Shown here: one piece after another, positions 17,390-27,533 of the stretch
Layout of the letters: each line of letters starts with the position of its first letter
Numbering within the stretch: the stretch's first letter is position 1
IMG/VR virus record: IMGVR_UViG_3300021425_000005
Length of the DNA stretch: 64,000 nt
Origin: a virus
Strand: one strand, 5' to 3'
Made by a program: the position numbers and the translations under genes
The notes under the pieces: model-generated
Database searches by the model: none
The model's input: only the letters and a program-made list of their open reading frames with translations
Told to the model about the DNA's origin: nothing

Positions 17390-18562
17390 TTATCTTTTTA
17401 CCGATTTCGAAATCGCTTGAGCGTAAATGCTCACAGGACTTGCTGAGTCGTCAGAAACAGAAATTGTTTCGTCATCAATCAGTTTGTCTTCATCAGATGC
17501 TTTTTGAGCAGGGAAATAGTTTTCCTTGATTACTGACAACTTTTCAGAGAAGTCACTATCAAACTCAACATCTTCAACGAGTTTCTCGAACTTTTCAGCT
17601 TCAGTTACTGTCAAGTCAGCAGTTGCTTCTTTGATAGCAGCAGTTTTTTCAAGTTCGATCTTTTTAGCAGCCAGAGAAATCTTCTCTTCAGTAGATTCGT
17701 CTAACTTGGCTTTGAGTGATTCAATTTCACTCTGCATTTCGCCCAGAACATCGTATTTCTCTTCAGGAACTTCGATGTAATGCTCGGCAAAAACTTCTTT
17801 CAAGGAACCGATGAATGATTCAGTAATCTCGTTGCGGAGACCACGCTCGATAGCGAGTTCGTTTTCTTTCATCCAGTTTTCGGCTACATAGTTCAAATAA
17901 CCATCGATTTTCTGAACCATTTCTTCCATGAATGTTTCTTGAGCTACTTGTGCCTCTTCAGTCAGCTCTTTTTGAATTTCTTCGATTTCAGCTGAAACAC
18001 GAGCTGTAACAACAGCTTCAAACAAGCCAGCAGCTTTTGTTTTAAATTCTTCTGACAAATGCTCTTCGTCAGCGAAAAGATTGTTAATGTCGTCTTCGAA
18101 AAGAGTTTCTTCTTCGATTTCTTCGACTTCTTCTTCTGATTCTTCGTCAAGCTCAACTTCAGCTTCAACTTCTTCATCAGTTACATCGTCAACAATTTCT
18201 TCTTCAGTTGTTTCTTCAAGAACTTCTTCGTCAGCTTCAGTATCTTCAGCTTTCATGCCAGTTTTTGATGAACCTTGAGTTGGTGCAGTTTGGTCACCAG
18301 ACTCAGATGAAGTAGCAGACTTGCTGCTGTCTTTTGATGCTTTAGCAGAAGCAGCTGATCCAGGATTGCCTTCAACATTATCGGTATTCAGAACTTCAAC
18401 GCTTGGGTTGGCTTCCGAAGAACCTTGAGCTGGGGCAGAAGAATCACCTTCTGATTTATCTGCAGGACGAGATGCAGCACCTTCGTCCAGTTCATTAACT
18501 TCTTCAGTAACCACTTCTGGCTTACCTTTAAGAAGCTCTCTGATTTTGCTTTCTACAGCCAT
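17390..18562 (-). CDS. gp22: gp22 prohead core scaffold protein
   Basis: LSEEFKTKAAGLFEAVV, YLNYVAENWMKENELAIERGLR; acidic; between gp21 and gp23. Confidence 0.95.
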   Translation of the reverse strand: MAVESKIRELLKGKPEVVTEEVNELDEGAASRPADKSEGDSSAPAQGSSEANPSVEVLNTDNVEGNPGSAASAKASKDSSKSATSSESGDQTAPTQGSSKTGMKAEDTEADEEVLEETTEEEIVDDVTDEEVEAEVELDEESEEEVEEIEEETLFEDDINNLFADEEHLSEEFKTKAAGLFEAVVTARVSAEIEEIQKELTEEAQVAQETFMEEMVQKIDGYLNYVAENWMKENELAIERGLRNEITESFIGSLKEVFAEHYIEVPEEKYDVLGEMQSEIESLKAKLDESTEEKISLAAKKIELEKTAAIKEATADLTVTEAEKFEKLVEDVEFDSDFSEKLSVIKENYFPAQKASDEDKLIDDETISVSDDSASPVSIYAQAISKSVKR

Positions 18563-18597
18563 TGTTTTCTCCTTGTAGAGTCTTATTTTGCTAGTTT

Positions 18598-18605
18598 TAT
18601 TTATA
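18598..18605 (-). promoter_or_regulatory. T4 late promoter (gp22)
   Basis: TATAAATA. Confidence 0.9.
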
Positions 18606-18610
18606 AAAAA

Positions 18611-19264
18611 TTAAATCTTTGACAGCTTATCCATGAATGAACTAAACACATTAAGTTTAGCTTCTTCTAGTTCATGCTTGGAAGAAGTTTTAATAACTTG
18701 TTGCGCTTCCTCAATTTCACGACCTTGCCATACGCCATCGACCATTACCCATTCGCGGCTCTCCATGATACCTTCAACGAAAGCATCTGGGGCAGATGGG
18801 TCAGATACGATATCAGCAGCTGTAGCAAGCATGAAATCATCTTGGACTTCACTAATACCTGAACGCTCTTTGATAGAGCCTAGTCCTCTAGAGCTAACTC
18901 CTAGTTGCGCACCTGCTTCGATTAGGTTTGCTGCAATTTTGCCCATCGGCGTTTCAAGGATTTTAGCTTTACCAATCCAGTTGTTACCATCTTCTTTTAG
19001 GGAAACAATCATGTGAGATACACGATCTAGATTTACTGTTGGACCATCAGGGTGTCCGAGTTCACCCAAGGCTCTGTTCTTGTCGATTTGCTCGGTTGTA
19101 TAGCGAGCAACTTCTTTAGCCATGACTTCTTTAGGATAGACACGACCATTGCGATTTTTTAAATTAGACTGCAGAAAAACACCCTCGATATACAGGTTCT
19201 TTTTGCCGTCTTTTTCTTCTTGGATGTATTGAACATCCTCAGTGATTTCTTTGATCAGTTTCAT
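18611..19264 (-). CDS. gp21: gp21 prohead protease
   Basis: NRNGRVYP, ALGELGHP, LGVSSRGLGS, DPSAPDAFV; likely start MKLIKE at 19264. Confidence 0.97.
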   Translation of the reverse strand: MKLIKEITEDVQYIQEEKDGKKNLYIEGVFLQSNLKNRNGRVYPKEVMAKEVARYTTEQIDKNRALGELGHPDGPTVNLDRVSHMIVSLKEDGNNWIGKAKILETPMGKIAANLIEAGAQLGVSSRGLGSIKERSGISEVQDDFMLATAADIVSDPSAPDAFVEGIMESREWVMVDGVWQGREIEEAQQVIKTSSKHELEEAKLNVFSSFMDKLSKI

Positions 19265-19653
19265 TAGCCTAGATCTCCATCTGCACCTTGGTGTTGTTGA
19301 GAACCATAACCAGAAACTTTGGCGCACTCAACAACAACTGTGCCGCCATTACCACCAGCGATAACGATTGCGATATCTTGGTCATTTTCATCGTCATCAG
19401 TAAACCCATAAAAATCCATACGACCTGTAACTTGAAGTTCGTATAAAACTTTAGAGTTCCTAACAACCTGTGCGCTTGCACCACTAGAAAGTGCCCACTG
19501 AATACCCTTGATATTAACAACTGGTGATGATTGTGTTTCGGTTGATTTCTTTAGCGTTGTAGCTAACGCGATTGTTCCAGTAGCGGCAGTCCCTCGGACA
19601 GCAACTACACCATGAGTTTGTGTCAATTTTAATGTGTCGACCGTGACTGCCAT
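19264..19653 (-). CDS. Hypothetical head-module virion protein
   Basis: 129-aa, beta-rich composition, coupled to gp21. Confidence 0.7.
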   Translation of the reverse strand: MAVTVDTLKLTQTHGVVAVRGTAATGTIALATTLKKSTETQSSPVVNIKGIQWALSSGASAQVVRNSKVLYELQVTGRMDFYGFTDDDENDQDIAIVIAGGNGGTVVVECAKVSGYGSQQHQGADGDLG

Positions 19654-19657
19654 TTAC

Positions 19658-20065
19658 TTATTCCTCTACTTTTTCGAGTTCCCAAACACTTACGCGCTTG
19701 AGTGATTCCTTGAACATAACCTCAGCAACAGCTTCAACGCCTTCGCCCATAGTGGCAAGAACATTACCTTCACCGAAAGCTGGATGAGATACTTTTTGAT
19801 TTAGTTCCATTTTGAAACCTTCAGTGTTCGAGCTACCCTGAGTTGGCGGAGTAATATCTCCTGGATTCCCTTTCTCAGCAGCACCGTGAAACGCTGTTGG
19901 TTCTTCAGCAGAAGGTTTATTAACATCATCAGAAGATACTTCTGGTGCTTCACCCTCTACTTTAGGATTTGCTTCTGCTGATGGTGATGCAGGAGGCGTT
20001 TGATCGCCATTACCTTCAGTCAATACTTTACGAATAGTTTCTTGAAGTTCTTTATACTGCTTCAT
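19658..20065 (-). CDS. Prohead core-like protein (gp68 position)
   Basis: Acidic and Pro-rich; shares motifs with the gp22 N-terminus; C-terminal VSHPAFGEG. Confidence 0.65.
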   Translation of the reverse strand: MKQYKELQETIRKVLTEGNGDQTPPASPSAEANPKVEGEAPEVSSDDVNKPSAEEPTAFHGAAEKGNPGDITPPTQGSSNTEGFKMELNQKVSHPAFGEGNVLATMGEGVEAVAEVMFKESLKRVSVWELEKVEE

Positions 20066-20363
20066 CTTCTGTTTCCGTTTCTACTTCTGCTTCAGGCTCT
20101 TCAGCCTCTGCAGTTTCTGGGACTTCAGGTGTTTCGAATTCTACTTCGCCTGCAGTCGGTTCTGGTAAGTCGATTTGACTGAACATATTTGTAGCAACTT
20201 CTTGTTTACGGTTCGCCACAAGTTCATCAGCTCGTTGATTCATCATATCATTAAATGTATCCTGAGCATCAGTCAGTTTACCATCACGCCATTGGTTCAT
20301 CATATCACGAACAGCGTCTGCACGCTCATTTTCGATTTCTCTTACTTCTGTATCATCACTCAT
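20052..20363 (-). CDS. Prohead core-like protein (gp67 position)
   Basis: Small acidic protein right after the portal gene. Confidence 0.65.
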   Translation of the reverse strand: MSDDTEVREIENERADAVRDMMNQWRDGKLTDAQDTFNDMMNQRADELVANRKQEVATNMFSQIDLPEPTAGEVEFETPEVPETAEAEEPEAEVETETEDEAV

Positions 20364-21877
20364 TGTTGTTCACCTTCTTCATATGGTTGCGGCTCGACTT
20401 CTTGCGCCTCACCTTCGATTTGTTGGTTGATGAGATCGATTTCATCATCTCCCATCTTAAGAATTTCTTTTTGGACATACTCCTTACTGAAATATTGTCC
20501 GACATAACCTGCCATACCATTAAGAACTTCGATTCTGCTTCTTAGAATCTCTTGTTCTTTTGATTCAGTATAGTAAGCATCAGAAGCAAACTTATATTGA
20601 ATCTGATCACGAATCATTGGCCAGTCATCCTCAGTAATGATACCTTTGAGGATAAGCTGAGTCTTCAGCAGGTCATCAAACATAGCTGAGAAACGACGAC
20701 GAAGTTTAGCAATAAACTTTGTAAACTTCAATTCATCACGACTAATCTCAGCACTACGCCCAAAGTTGATACCACTTTGTTGCGCTTCAAGACGAGACAT
20801 AGGAACATTCAGTGCTTGGTAGAGTTTCCGTTGGAAATACTCTACATCGCCAGTCTCACCAAGATTTTGACCTCCTGGAAGAGTCTGAATTTCTGTGCCC
20901 CTGCCACCTTCACGGCGTGGCATCCAGAAATCTTCAAGCATCGACATAAACTTCTTGTCGTCTCGAATCTCACCATTAGTGCCATCATAAACAAGTTTGT
21001 TACGATAGCGATTCATAACATCTTTGAGATACTGTTCAGCCTTCATTGTAGGCAGATTACCAGTATCTACATAGAATACTCTACGCTCTGGTGCACGAGT
21101 AATACGATAGATAACTACCGCATTTTCCATCATTCTCAGCTGGTTAGCTGGACGGATGGCTTTGTGCAAATATGAAAGGGGAATATTTTTGTCTTGATCG
21201 AGAAGACCTGATGATACATAAGTAACAGCATCTTTCGAAATCTTAAGAGCTTTATCGTTTGCGTTACCAGCTTTATACTGTCCTGGTTTACTGGCAATCC
21301 CCTTATCATCATAAACGAAGTATTCTTTAACTTCTTTAATCATATTGACGCCAGTTTTAGGATCTTTTTCCTTCTTGATATCACGCACTTTTTTGATTTT
21401 GCGTGGGTCAATATATCTGACATCATATAGACCTTTTTTCGGGTTGGCTTTATCTACAAGTTTATGAAAGTAGATTCGACCATCAATATACCAGCGTCTA
21501 TAATAATCTTGTGCTCGATTGTTAAAATCTAACAACGCCAATACATTAGTAAACTCGTCAGCAATAGCTTTCTTCACAGTAGCTGATACCTGAATACTAT
21601 CGGTGTCAACCTCAACTGGCTTTTCATCCTCGAGGTTAGAGATACTATCATTAACGATATCTTCAATGGCTGCATCAACATCAGCAAACATTGAGATATC
21701 TCTATATCTCTTAATGAGTTGCTCTTCAGTATTAGCAACTCCCTCGACATCAAAGTATGTGCCATAGTATCCACCACCTCGGATAGATTCAATGGCTCCA
21801 TCCTCGTCAGGAGCCACGAACGATTGTGCTGTTCGAGGCTCCCTCTTACGAGTAATTTCAAAACCAAATAATTCCAT
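20360..21877 (-). CDS. gp20: gp20 portal protein
   Basis: RWYIDGR, YRITRAPERRVFYVD, EDFWMPRREGGRGTEI. Confidence 0.98.
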   Translation of the reverse strand: MELFGFEITRKREPRTAQSFVAPDEDGAIESIRGGGYYGTYFDVEGVANTEEQLIKRYRDISMFADVDAAIEDIVNDSISNLEDEKPVEVDTDSIQVSATVKKAIADEFTNVLALLDFNNRAQDYYRRWYIDGRIYFHKLVDKANPKKGLYDVRYIDPRKIKKVRDIKKEKDPKTGVNMIKEVKEYFVYDDKGIASKPGQYKAGNANDKALKISKDAVTYVSSGLLDQDKNIPLSYLHKAIRPANQLRMMENAVVIYRITRAPERRVFYVDTGNLPTMKAEQYLKDVMNRYRNKLVYDGTNGEIRDDKKFMSMLEDFWMPRREGGRGTEIQTLPGGQNLGETGDVEYFQRKLYQALNVPMSRLEAQQSGINFGRSAEISRDELKFTKFIAKLRRRFSAMFDDLLKTQLILKGIITEDDWPMIRDQIQYKFASDAYYTESKEQEILRSRIEVLNGMAGYVGQYFSKEYVQKEILKMGDDEIDLINQQIEGEAQEVEPQPYEEGEQQ

Positions 21878-21908
21878 TATATTTTCCCTATACTAGATGT
21901 AAGACTAT

Positions 21909-22424
21909 TTATGCTACATCATAATGTGTATATTGGAAAGTCACCGTAAATTCTTCAAAGATATCGTTCTGTGCGTATTGCAGGGCAATTTCTGACATAT
22001 TGATTGGGAAGGCGTTACGAAGCGTATATTGCCCACCAGCCAATACTTCATCGTTGCGGTCAAGATGCTCAACAACAATATCAGCTTGATAATCACTTGG
22101 TGTGAGAACGCCTGTGTTATCTTCGCGATTATTAAGACCATTCATCCACTGTTCAAACGGTGTGCGGAGAGAGAAGTCAGAGTCATTCACGATTGTGATT
22201 GTGAATGGGTCAAAGATTCTTTCACCAGCAAGTTTAATCTCACGACCGCGATACTGGATAATGGCAGGGTTAACATTTGATGCTGGTAAAGCTGCACCTG
22301 TAACCAACAGGCTGTAGCTTGTGTCAACATTTGGCACATAACTTGGGAAGGCGAGACTCACTCTAAACTGGTTAGGGCGAGCACCACCTGCGCCTAGTCT
22401 AGCCTTAAATTCTTCAATATTCAT
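21909..22424 (-). CDS. gp19: gp19 tail tube protein
   Basis: GGARPNQFRV, YRGREIKLAGER, EEFTVTFQY. Confidence 0.95.
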   Translation of the reverse strand: MNIEEFKARLGAGGARPNQFRVSLAFPSYVPNVDTSYSLLVTGAALPASNVNPAIIQYRGREIKLAGERIFDPFTITIVNDSDFSLRTPFEQWMNGLNNREDNTGVLTPSDYQADIVVEHLDRNDEVLAGGQYTLRNAFPINMSEIALQYAQNDIFEEFTVTFQYTHYDVA

Positions 22425-22448
22425 TGCGTTTTCTCCTTAAATACTAGA

Positions 22449-24401
22449 TTAGGCTCCAAGCTCTTCGAACGAGATACCTGTTCGCGTCGCTACGAATGTC
22501 AGTGTGATGAAGTTAATTGATTTCGCTGGCTTGATGAAAATATCAGCACGGAACTCATTAGAGTCAATCACTTGACCAGTGTTATTTGTTTCGTCGCATA
22601 CAACGCGGAAGTCATATACACCACGACGACCTTGGACATCGCGCAAGAATGGCTCAACCAATGAGCGGAACTGGGCGCGAGTAAAGGCGTCGTTGAATTC
22701 AAACAACTGGAACTTAGCAGCCGTTGCGATTGCCTTTTCAATCACAATAAACAGACGACGAACATTGATGCGATTAAAAGCACTTGATTTATTCAACAAT
22801 GTTTTATCACCGAACAATACAACACCTTGTGCTGCAGACTGAACGATTGGGTTTACACCAGCCGAGTAGAGCGTGTCGCGGTCAGATTTCTTAGGATTGA
22901 AAGCCAACTTAACGGCGTTCTTGATTTGACCACGATTTACACCAGCGGGTGAGAACCATGGATCTGCTTCAAGGTCTGTCGTTACGCAAGTGCCAGCTGT
23001 GTCACCATTACATGGAACCCAAGCATACACATCATTGTAGCGGTCATACATATACTTCCAGCCACTATCCATGACAGCGAATGAAGAGCGAGTATAAGAG
23101 GCTAACTCAGCTACGATGTCAGTTACCTCTGAGCCAGAATTGTTAACAACGCTTGCTCTTTGTGGTGACACGAATACTAAGCAGTCTTTACGGATATCAG
23201 CAACATTATCGATGATATAATCACCAACAGTTGCGCTATGTTGACCAGCAACAATCAGACTTACATCAGTTTCTTCATCGTTTGCGAAGAGGATGTAAGA
23301 GTTTTGAAGGTCAGCATCAGCTGGAGATGCGTCAACACCACCAGTAAGCGACCAAGCATCAGTGTCAACACCATCGATGATAACCTTGTATACGCTATTA
23401 GCCGCAGCTTGAACTGTTGCCAAGGCTGTTCCCCAATCTTGACCAATTGTAGATGAGGTAGTATCGACTTGATCCATGAACCAGATATATTGTGATTGAT
23501 TATTGATTACATCTTTGTAATAGTTTGATTCATTTTGATCGTTTTTTGAGCCTGGAATTTTAGATACGCCTGAGAATTTCTCAAGGATAGTCCCAGCAAC
23601 ACCAGTAAATGCGCCATCTTCATCGATAACAATAACATGGACTTCATCATAGTTTATGTTATTATTAGCAGCATAAGTAGTTGTCGTTGGTGTAAAGTCA
23701 AAGTTTGAAGCGTATGTCCAAGCTGTTGACAATGTGGCTGTCGCGGTAGCACCTGAGCCACCGCCACCTGAGATAGTGACTGTTGGGGCTGATGTGTAAC
23801 CGATTCCTGGGAAGGTTATTGTAATCGAATCAACAGCAGAACCGCCCGCAAGGTCAGCTGTTCCCGTCGCACTAACACCGCCAGCAGGGGCAGCTGCAAA
23901 TGTTACTGTAGGGGCTGAAGTATAACCAGAGCCACCGTCAGTCACTGTGACCGATGCAACTGAAGAAGCAGTAAAGTTACCCAAGTCAGCAACTGAAACT
24001 TTAATTGAATTGCCTAATGAGCCTGCCCATTTAGCAGCAAATGGACCAACAGAACCTTCACCAGCAGAATATGATGATTCATACTCGTCTTCGTTTCTGA
24101 TCAGAACAGCTGTTCCTGATGATACAGCGTTTCTAGCAGCCGAACCAACTTCTCGTGAAACGAGCAGGCTGGAACCATATGCTAAGAACGAAGCAGCAGT
24201 CAGGAAGTCAACATTAGTGCTTGAGGCAGGTTTGCCGAAGCGAGCAACGAGTTCATTTTCGCTGCTGATTGATGTGAGTTCACGCGCTGGACCCCATGCG
24301 AAGTCACCAACGAAACCGCCAGTTGTAGTGCCAACTCCTGGAACTACACTTGATGCGTCCTGTTCGCGAACGAGAACTCCTGGACTTAGTTGAAATGCCA
24401 T
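22449..24401 (-). CDS. gp18: gp18 tail sheath protein
   Basis: MAFQLSPGV, PWFSPAGVNRG, RINVRRLF, IKPAKSINFI. Confidence 0.98.
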   Translation of the reverse strand: MAFQLSPGVLVREQDASSVVPGVGTTTGGFVGDFAWGPARELTSISSENELVARFGKPASSTNVDFLTAASFLAYGSSLLVSREVGSAARNAVSSGTAVLIRNEDEYESSYSAGEGSVGPFAAKWAGSLGNSIKVSVADLGNFTASSVASVTVTDGGSGYTSAPTVTFAAAPAGGVSATGTADLAGGSAVDSITITFPGIGYTSAPTVTISGGGGSGATATATLSTAWTYASNFDFTPTTTTYAANNNINYDEVHVIVIDEDGAFTGVAGTILEKFSGVSKIPGSKNDQNESNYYKDVINNQSQYIWFMDQVDTTSSTIGQDWGTALATVQAAANSVYKVIIDGVDTDAWSLTGGVDASPADADLQNSYILFANDEETDVSLIVAGQHSATVGDYIIDNVADIRKDCLVFVSPQRASVVNNSGSEVTDIVAELASYTRSSFAVMDSGWKYMYDRYNDVYAWVPCNGDTAGTCVTTDLEADPWFSPAGVNRGQIKNAVKLAFNPKKSDRDTLYSAGVNPIVQSAAQGVVLFGDKTLLNKSSAFNRINVRRLFIVIEKAIATAAKFQLFEFNDAFTRAQFRSLVEPFLRDVQGRRGVYDFRVVCDETNNTGQVIDSNEFRADIFIKPAKSINFITLTFVATRTGISFEELGA

Positions 24402-24453
24402 GTTTTATCTCCTCGATATTATGGATTATCGTTTATTGTTTTATCACTGAAAT

Positions 24454-24461
24454 TATTTATA
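24454..24461 (-). promoter_or_regulatory. T4 late promoter (gp18)
   Basis: TATAAATA overlapping the gp17 stop. Confidence 0.85.
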
Positions 24462-26097
24462 AAAAAGGAGTTTTCTCTTTACCATCCAACGAAAACCACA
24501 AATCTCCGCCCATTACTTCAGCTTCAGGCTCCGAACCATCAACAATTTCACCAAAAGGTGTTAGATCGTTCTCAATCATACGCATTTCAGCGTTAAAAAG
24601 ACCCTCTCTGACATTCACATTTGTTAAGTCTGTGAAGAAAGAATTGGTTGTAACCCACCCAAATAACACTAAACTCATGGCGAGGTCATCATTATAACCT
24701 TCATCGGCTTGAAATGTTTGACCCTTTTCCGTAAAAACAGACAATTCACCGATAACATCAGAGTCGTGGATGAGTAATTTTTTATCTTCAATCAAAGATT
24801 TTATAGCAAAACAACCCTGTCGTTTTACTGCCTTCGATGTTGTAACACCCAATTTAGCAGATCTACCAAATCCTGGAGTTAAATATTGTTTCCCATTTTC
24901 TGTGAGAGAGGTAAATACATTCTCATATTCTTCCTCTTGATGAAGAATATCAAGGACTTGTTGCCCAATATCATTAGACTCAACAAGAACATAAGCATTA
25001 TTGAAGTCCCTCGCAACCTTTGAAATAACACTAGGGTAAAGCATTGGGGATATCTTATTGTGTTTATATTTACCAACTAGACGATATGGCATTTCTGTAA
25101 CATCAATAAGAGTGAAGGCAGAGTAGTCGCCACCAACACCCCTCGCTACATCTGCTGTGATAACATAATAGTGTTCTGGTTGTGGGTCTTCATATAGATC
25201 CAAACCATCTTTTGAATATTCTGGATGTTTCGCACTCATAACAGATAAAGTTTTGCCATTAATAAGTGTATTTGTTGACCCAAGGAACTCACAAAGCACC
25301 TCTTGATTGAATTTCAATTCACCAAGAAGTTTAAGTTGTTCGTCTGCCCAAGCCTCATCTCTTCCAGGAATCTCGCTGTAATGAATAAACATTCGTTTAA
25401 ATCCATTTGCACCCGTTTCAGCTTCATTCCAGAACTTCCAGAAATGATTGTAGCCAAGTGGAGTTGATGTGAGTAGGATCTTAGTCGTTTCACCAGCAGA
25501 AATGGTAGGATACACAGCTGTAAAAAACTCTTCAGCAATATTATTCGGGATGATCGCCGCCTCGTCAATATAGAGCCAGTTCACTGATTTACCACGAATA
25601 CCAGAAGATGTTGTTGCTGAAGTAAATACGACCGACCCATTTTCGAGGTCGACGTTACCTTTGTTCCAAGTTTTCACACCTTGCTGCATCCAGATAGGCA
25701 ACCCTTCATACATAATTTGATAACGAGCCAGAACTTCGCGAGCTGCTGTAGTTTTGTTAGCGAGAATAGCAACAGTCTTGTTTTCATTAAAGATTGTGTA
25801 ATGAAGGATACAAGCTGCAGCTGTAACAGTCTTACCTTGCTGACGACCTTCCATCAAAATCGTTTGTCGATTGTTCATAATAAAATCGACTTTACGCTTT
25901 TGACACTCATATAATAAGAAAGGTTGTAAGCCTTTGTCAAGAGTAACAATCTGACAATAGTTTTCAATAAAATATATTGGATCTTCTTTACACTTGATCA
26001 ACTCACGGATTTGTTCTTTAGTAAAATCGTGTTGATAAGCAATAGGTTTTAAATTAGGATTGCCGTGATAGCTAGTTTCTTCAGTCGGAACTGCCAT
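24457..26097 (-). CDS. gp17: gp17 terminase large subunit
   Basis: GRQQGKT, YIDEAA, TSTPLG, ADVARGVGGDYSAF, NDDLAM. Confidence 0.98.
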   Translation of the reverse strand: MAVPTEETSYHGNPNLKPIAYQHDFTKEQIRELIKCKEDPIYFIENYCQIVTLDKGLQPFLLYECQKRKVDFIMNNRQTILMEGRQQGKTVTAAACILHYTIFNENKTVAILANKTTAAREVLARYQIMYEGLPIWMQQGVKTWNKGNVDLENGSVVFTSATTSSGIRGKSVNWLYIDEAAIIPNNIAEEFFTAVYPTISAGETTKILLTSTPLGYNHFWKFWNEAETGANGFKRMFIHYSEIPGRDEAWADEQLKLLGELKFNQEVLCEFLGSTNTLINGKTLSVMSAKHPEYSKDGLDLYEDPQPEHYYVITADVARGVGGDYSAFTLIDVTEMPYRLVGKYKHNKISPMLYPSVISKVARDFNNAYVLVESNDIGQQVLDILHQEEEYENVFTSLTENGKQYLTPGFGRSAKLGVTTSKAVKRQGCFAIKSLIEDKKLLIHDSDVIGELSVFTEKGQTFQADEGYNDDLAMSLVLFGWVTTNSFFTDLTNVNVREGLFNAEMRMIENDLTPFGEIVDGSEPEAEVMGGDLWFSLDGKEKTPFL

Positions 26098-26530
26098 TTA
26101 TGTCACCTTCGATGATAGGAGCATCATCTTCTTTCAACGCTTTCATCAAGTCTGATGTGCTTCCATTAAATAAAACATTGGTCTGATGACCAATCTTGGC
26201 TACAGACGGTTTACCATCCGTCTCGTCTATTTTCTTTTTCTTAGCTTGGATATCCATCATATCCTTTGCTTGGTCGCCAAGAGCTTTGATGAGCTGACCA
26301 GCAACCTCATATGCTCGTGGATTGTCGCTATTCGTGGCGACATTCATAATACCTTGGATTGCTTCTTCGCCATAAACCATAGCTCGCTTCAGTGCATCGC
26401 GAGCTTCTTGAAAATCAGAATCTAAACCATCATTGATTGCTTTTTCGATAACAGGTTTAGCGGTTTCAAGTTCTTTGGTTGTAGTCTCAAATGTTTTATC
26501 TAATGCATCAAAAACTTTATTCTTAGTCAT
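26081..26530 (-). CDS. gp16: gp16 terminase small subunit
   Basis: PRAYEVAGQLIK, FNGSTSDL; likely start MTKNK at 26530. Confidence 0.92.
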   Translation of the reverse strand: MTKNKVFDALDKTFETTTKELETAKPVIEKAINDGLDSDFQEARDALKRAMVYGEEAIQGIMNVATNSDNPRAYEVAGQLIKALGDQAKDMMDIQAKKKKIDETDGKPSVAKIGHQTNVLFNGSTSDLMKALKEDDAPIIEGDINGSSD

Positions 26531-27533
26531 AACTCTGATCAAACTCCTCAAGGAATCGATATGTGTCATCTACTCCCTGATTTCCATCATCTGGTGCTTC
26601 AAATGTAACAGTCGGTGCTTCTACATACCCACTGCCAGCGTCATCAATAACAACGCTTGCGACCCTATACTTACCACTATTTAGCGGATCTACTTCCATA
26701 ACTGCATGCGCTCTACCATTCCCTGACAGAGTAATATTTGGTCCAGCTTCAGAATATCCTTCACCTTTATATGTTACAGCGATAGAATCAATAGCATCAC
26801 CACTTAAAGTAGCGACAGCCGTTGCAGTTGCTGCTGTAACTGTATATTTTTGTTCTGTGTATTCACCAACAAGATTAGGATTCTGATAAGTTTGAACGAT
26901 TGCTTTACGGATAATATCTTGATTGCCAACATAACCATAAAAGTTTAGCTTCATTGTAAATGTTAAAGTCCAAACAATACTTTGCCTCTCAGCAAACGAG
27001 CCTTGTGTATTATCCTCATACCCAATACTTTCGAGAAGGATTTTAATATCGCGTTTAATGCCAAGTTCAGGTAAATCATTTACTGTTATATTGAAGTCAG
27101 GATTAAAGTATGGTAAAATCTGCTCAATGATACGCAATCCATCTTCCTGATTTTTAGCAAAAAGATATAAGTTTAATGTCAAATCATATGGCGTCGAAAC
27201 AAAGGTCTTCGCCACTGATGTCGCCACATTTGTTGCTTTTTTGTGGACTTGAATAGGAGAGATTTTTCTTTGAGCATCATATTGTAATGCTGAAATTTCA
27301 AACCCCATGCGAGGAAGAACGATAGCTGTTTCTCCACGAGACTCTACTGTAGGAATCTGCTCAATACGCGACAAAAACTTTTGCTTTGTTGAATATGCAA
27401 GTGGAACTCTCAATGTTTGAACAATATCACCATCAGCATTTTTTCGTTCAATGTTGATATTATTGAAGACTGTTCCGAAAGCAATAATTGCTTTACGAAT
27501 ATGCTCGTTATAAAATGTCTTACCTTTAAACAT
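26523..27533 (-). CDS. gp15: gp15 tail sheath stabilizer with a C-terminal beta-rich extension
   Basis: FGTVFNNI, VPLAYSTKQKF, LPRMGFE, EQILPYFNP. Confidence 0.93.
   Translation of the reverse strand: MFKGKTFYNEHIRKAIIAFGTVFNNINIERKNADGDIVQTLRVPLAYSTKQKFLSRIEQIPTVESRGETAIVLPRMGFEISALQYDAQRKISPIQVHKKATNVATSVAKTFVSTPYDLTLNLYLFAKNQEDGLRIIEQILPYFNPDFNITVNDLPELGIKRDIKILLESIGYEDNTQGSFAERQSIVWTLTFTMKLNFYGYVGNQDIIRKAIVQTYQNPNLVGEYTEQKYTVTAATATAVATLSGDAIDSIAVTYKGEGYSEAGPNITLSGNGRAHAVMEVDPLNSGKYRVASVVIDDAGSGYVEAPTVTFEAPDDGNQGVDDTYRFLEEFDQSYD

Noticed and set aside
3436-26097. Introns or inteins in gp46, uvsW, gp20 or gp17
   Set aside because: The ORFs are continuous, of normal length, and lack splicing or LAGLIDADG/HNH motifs.
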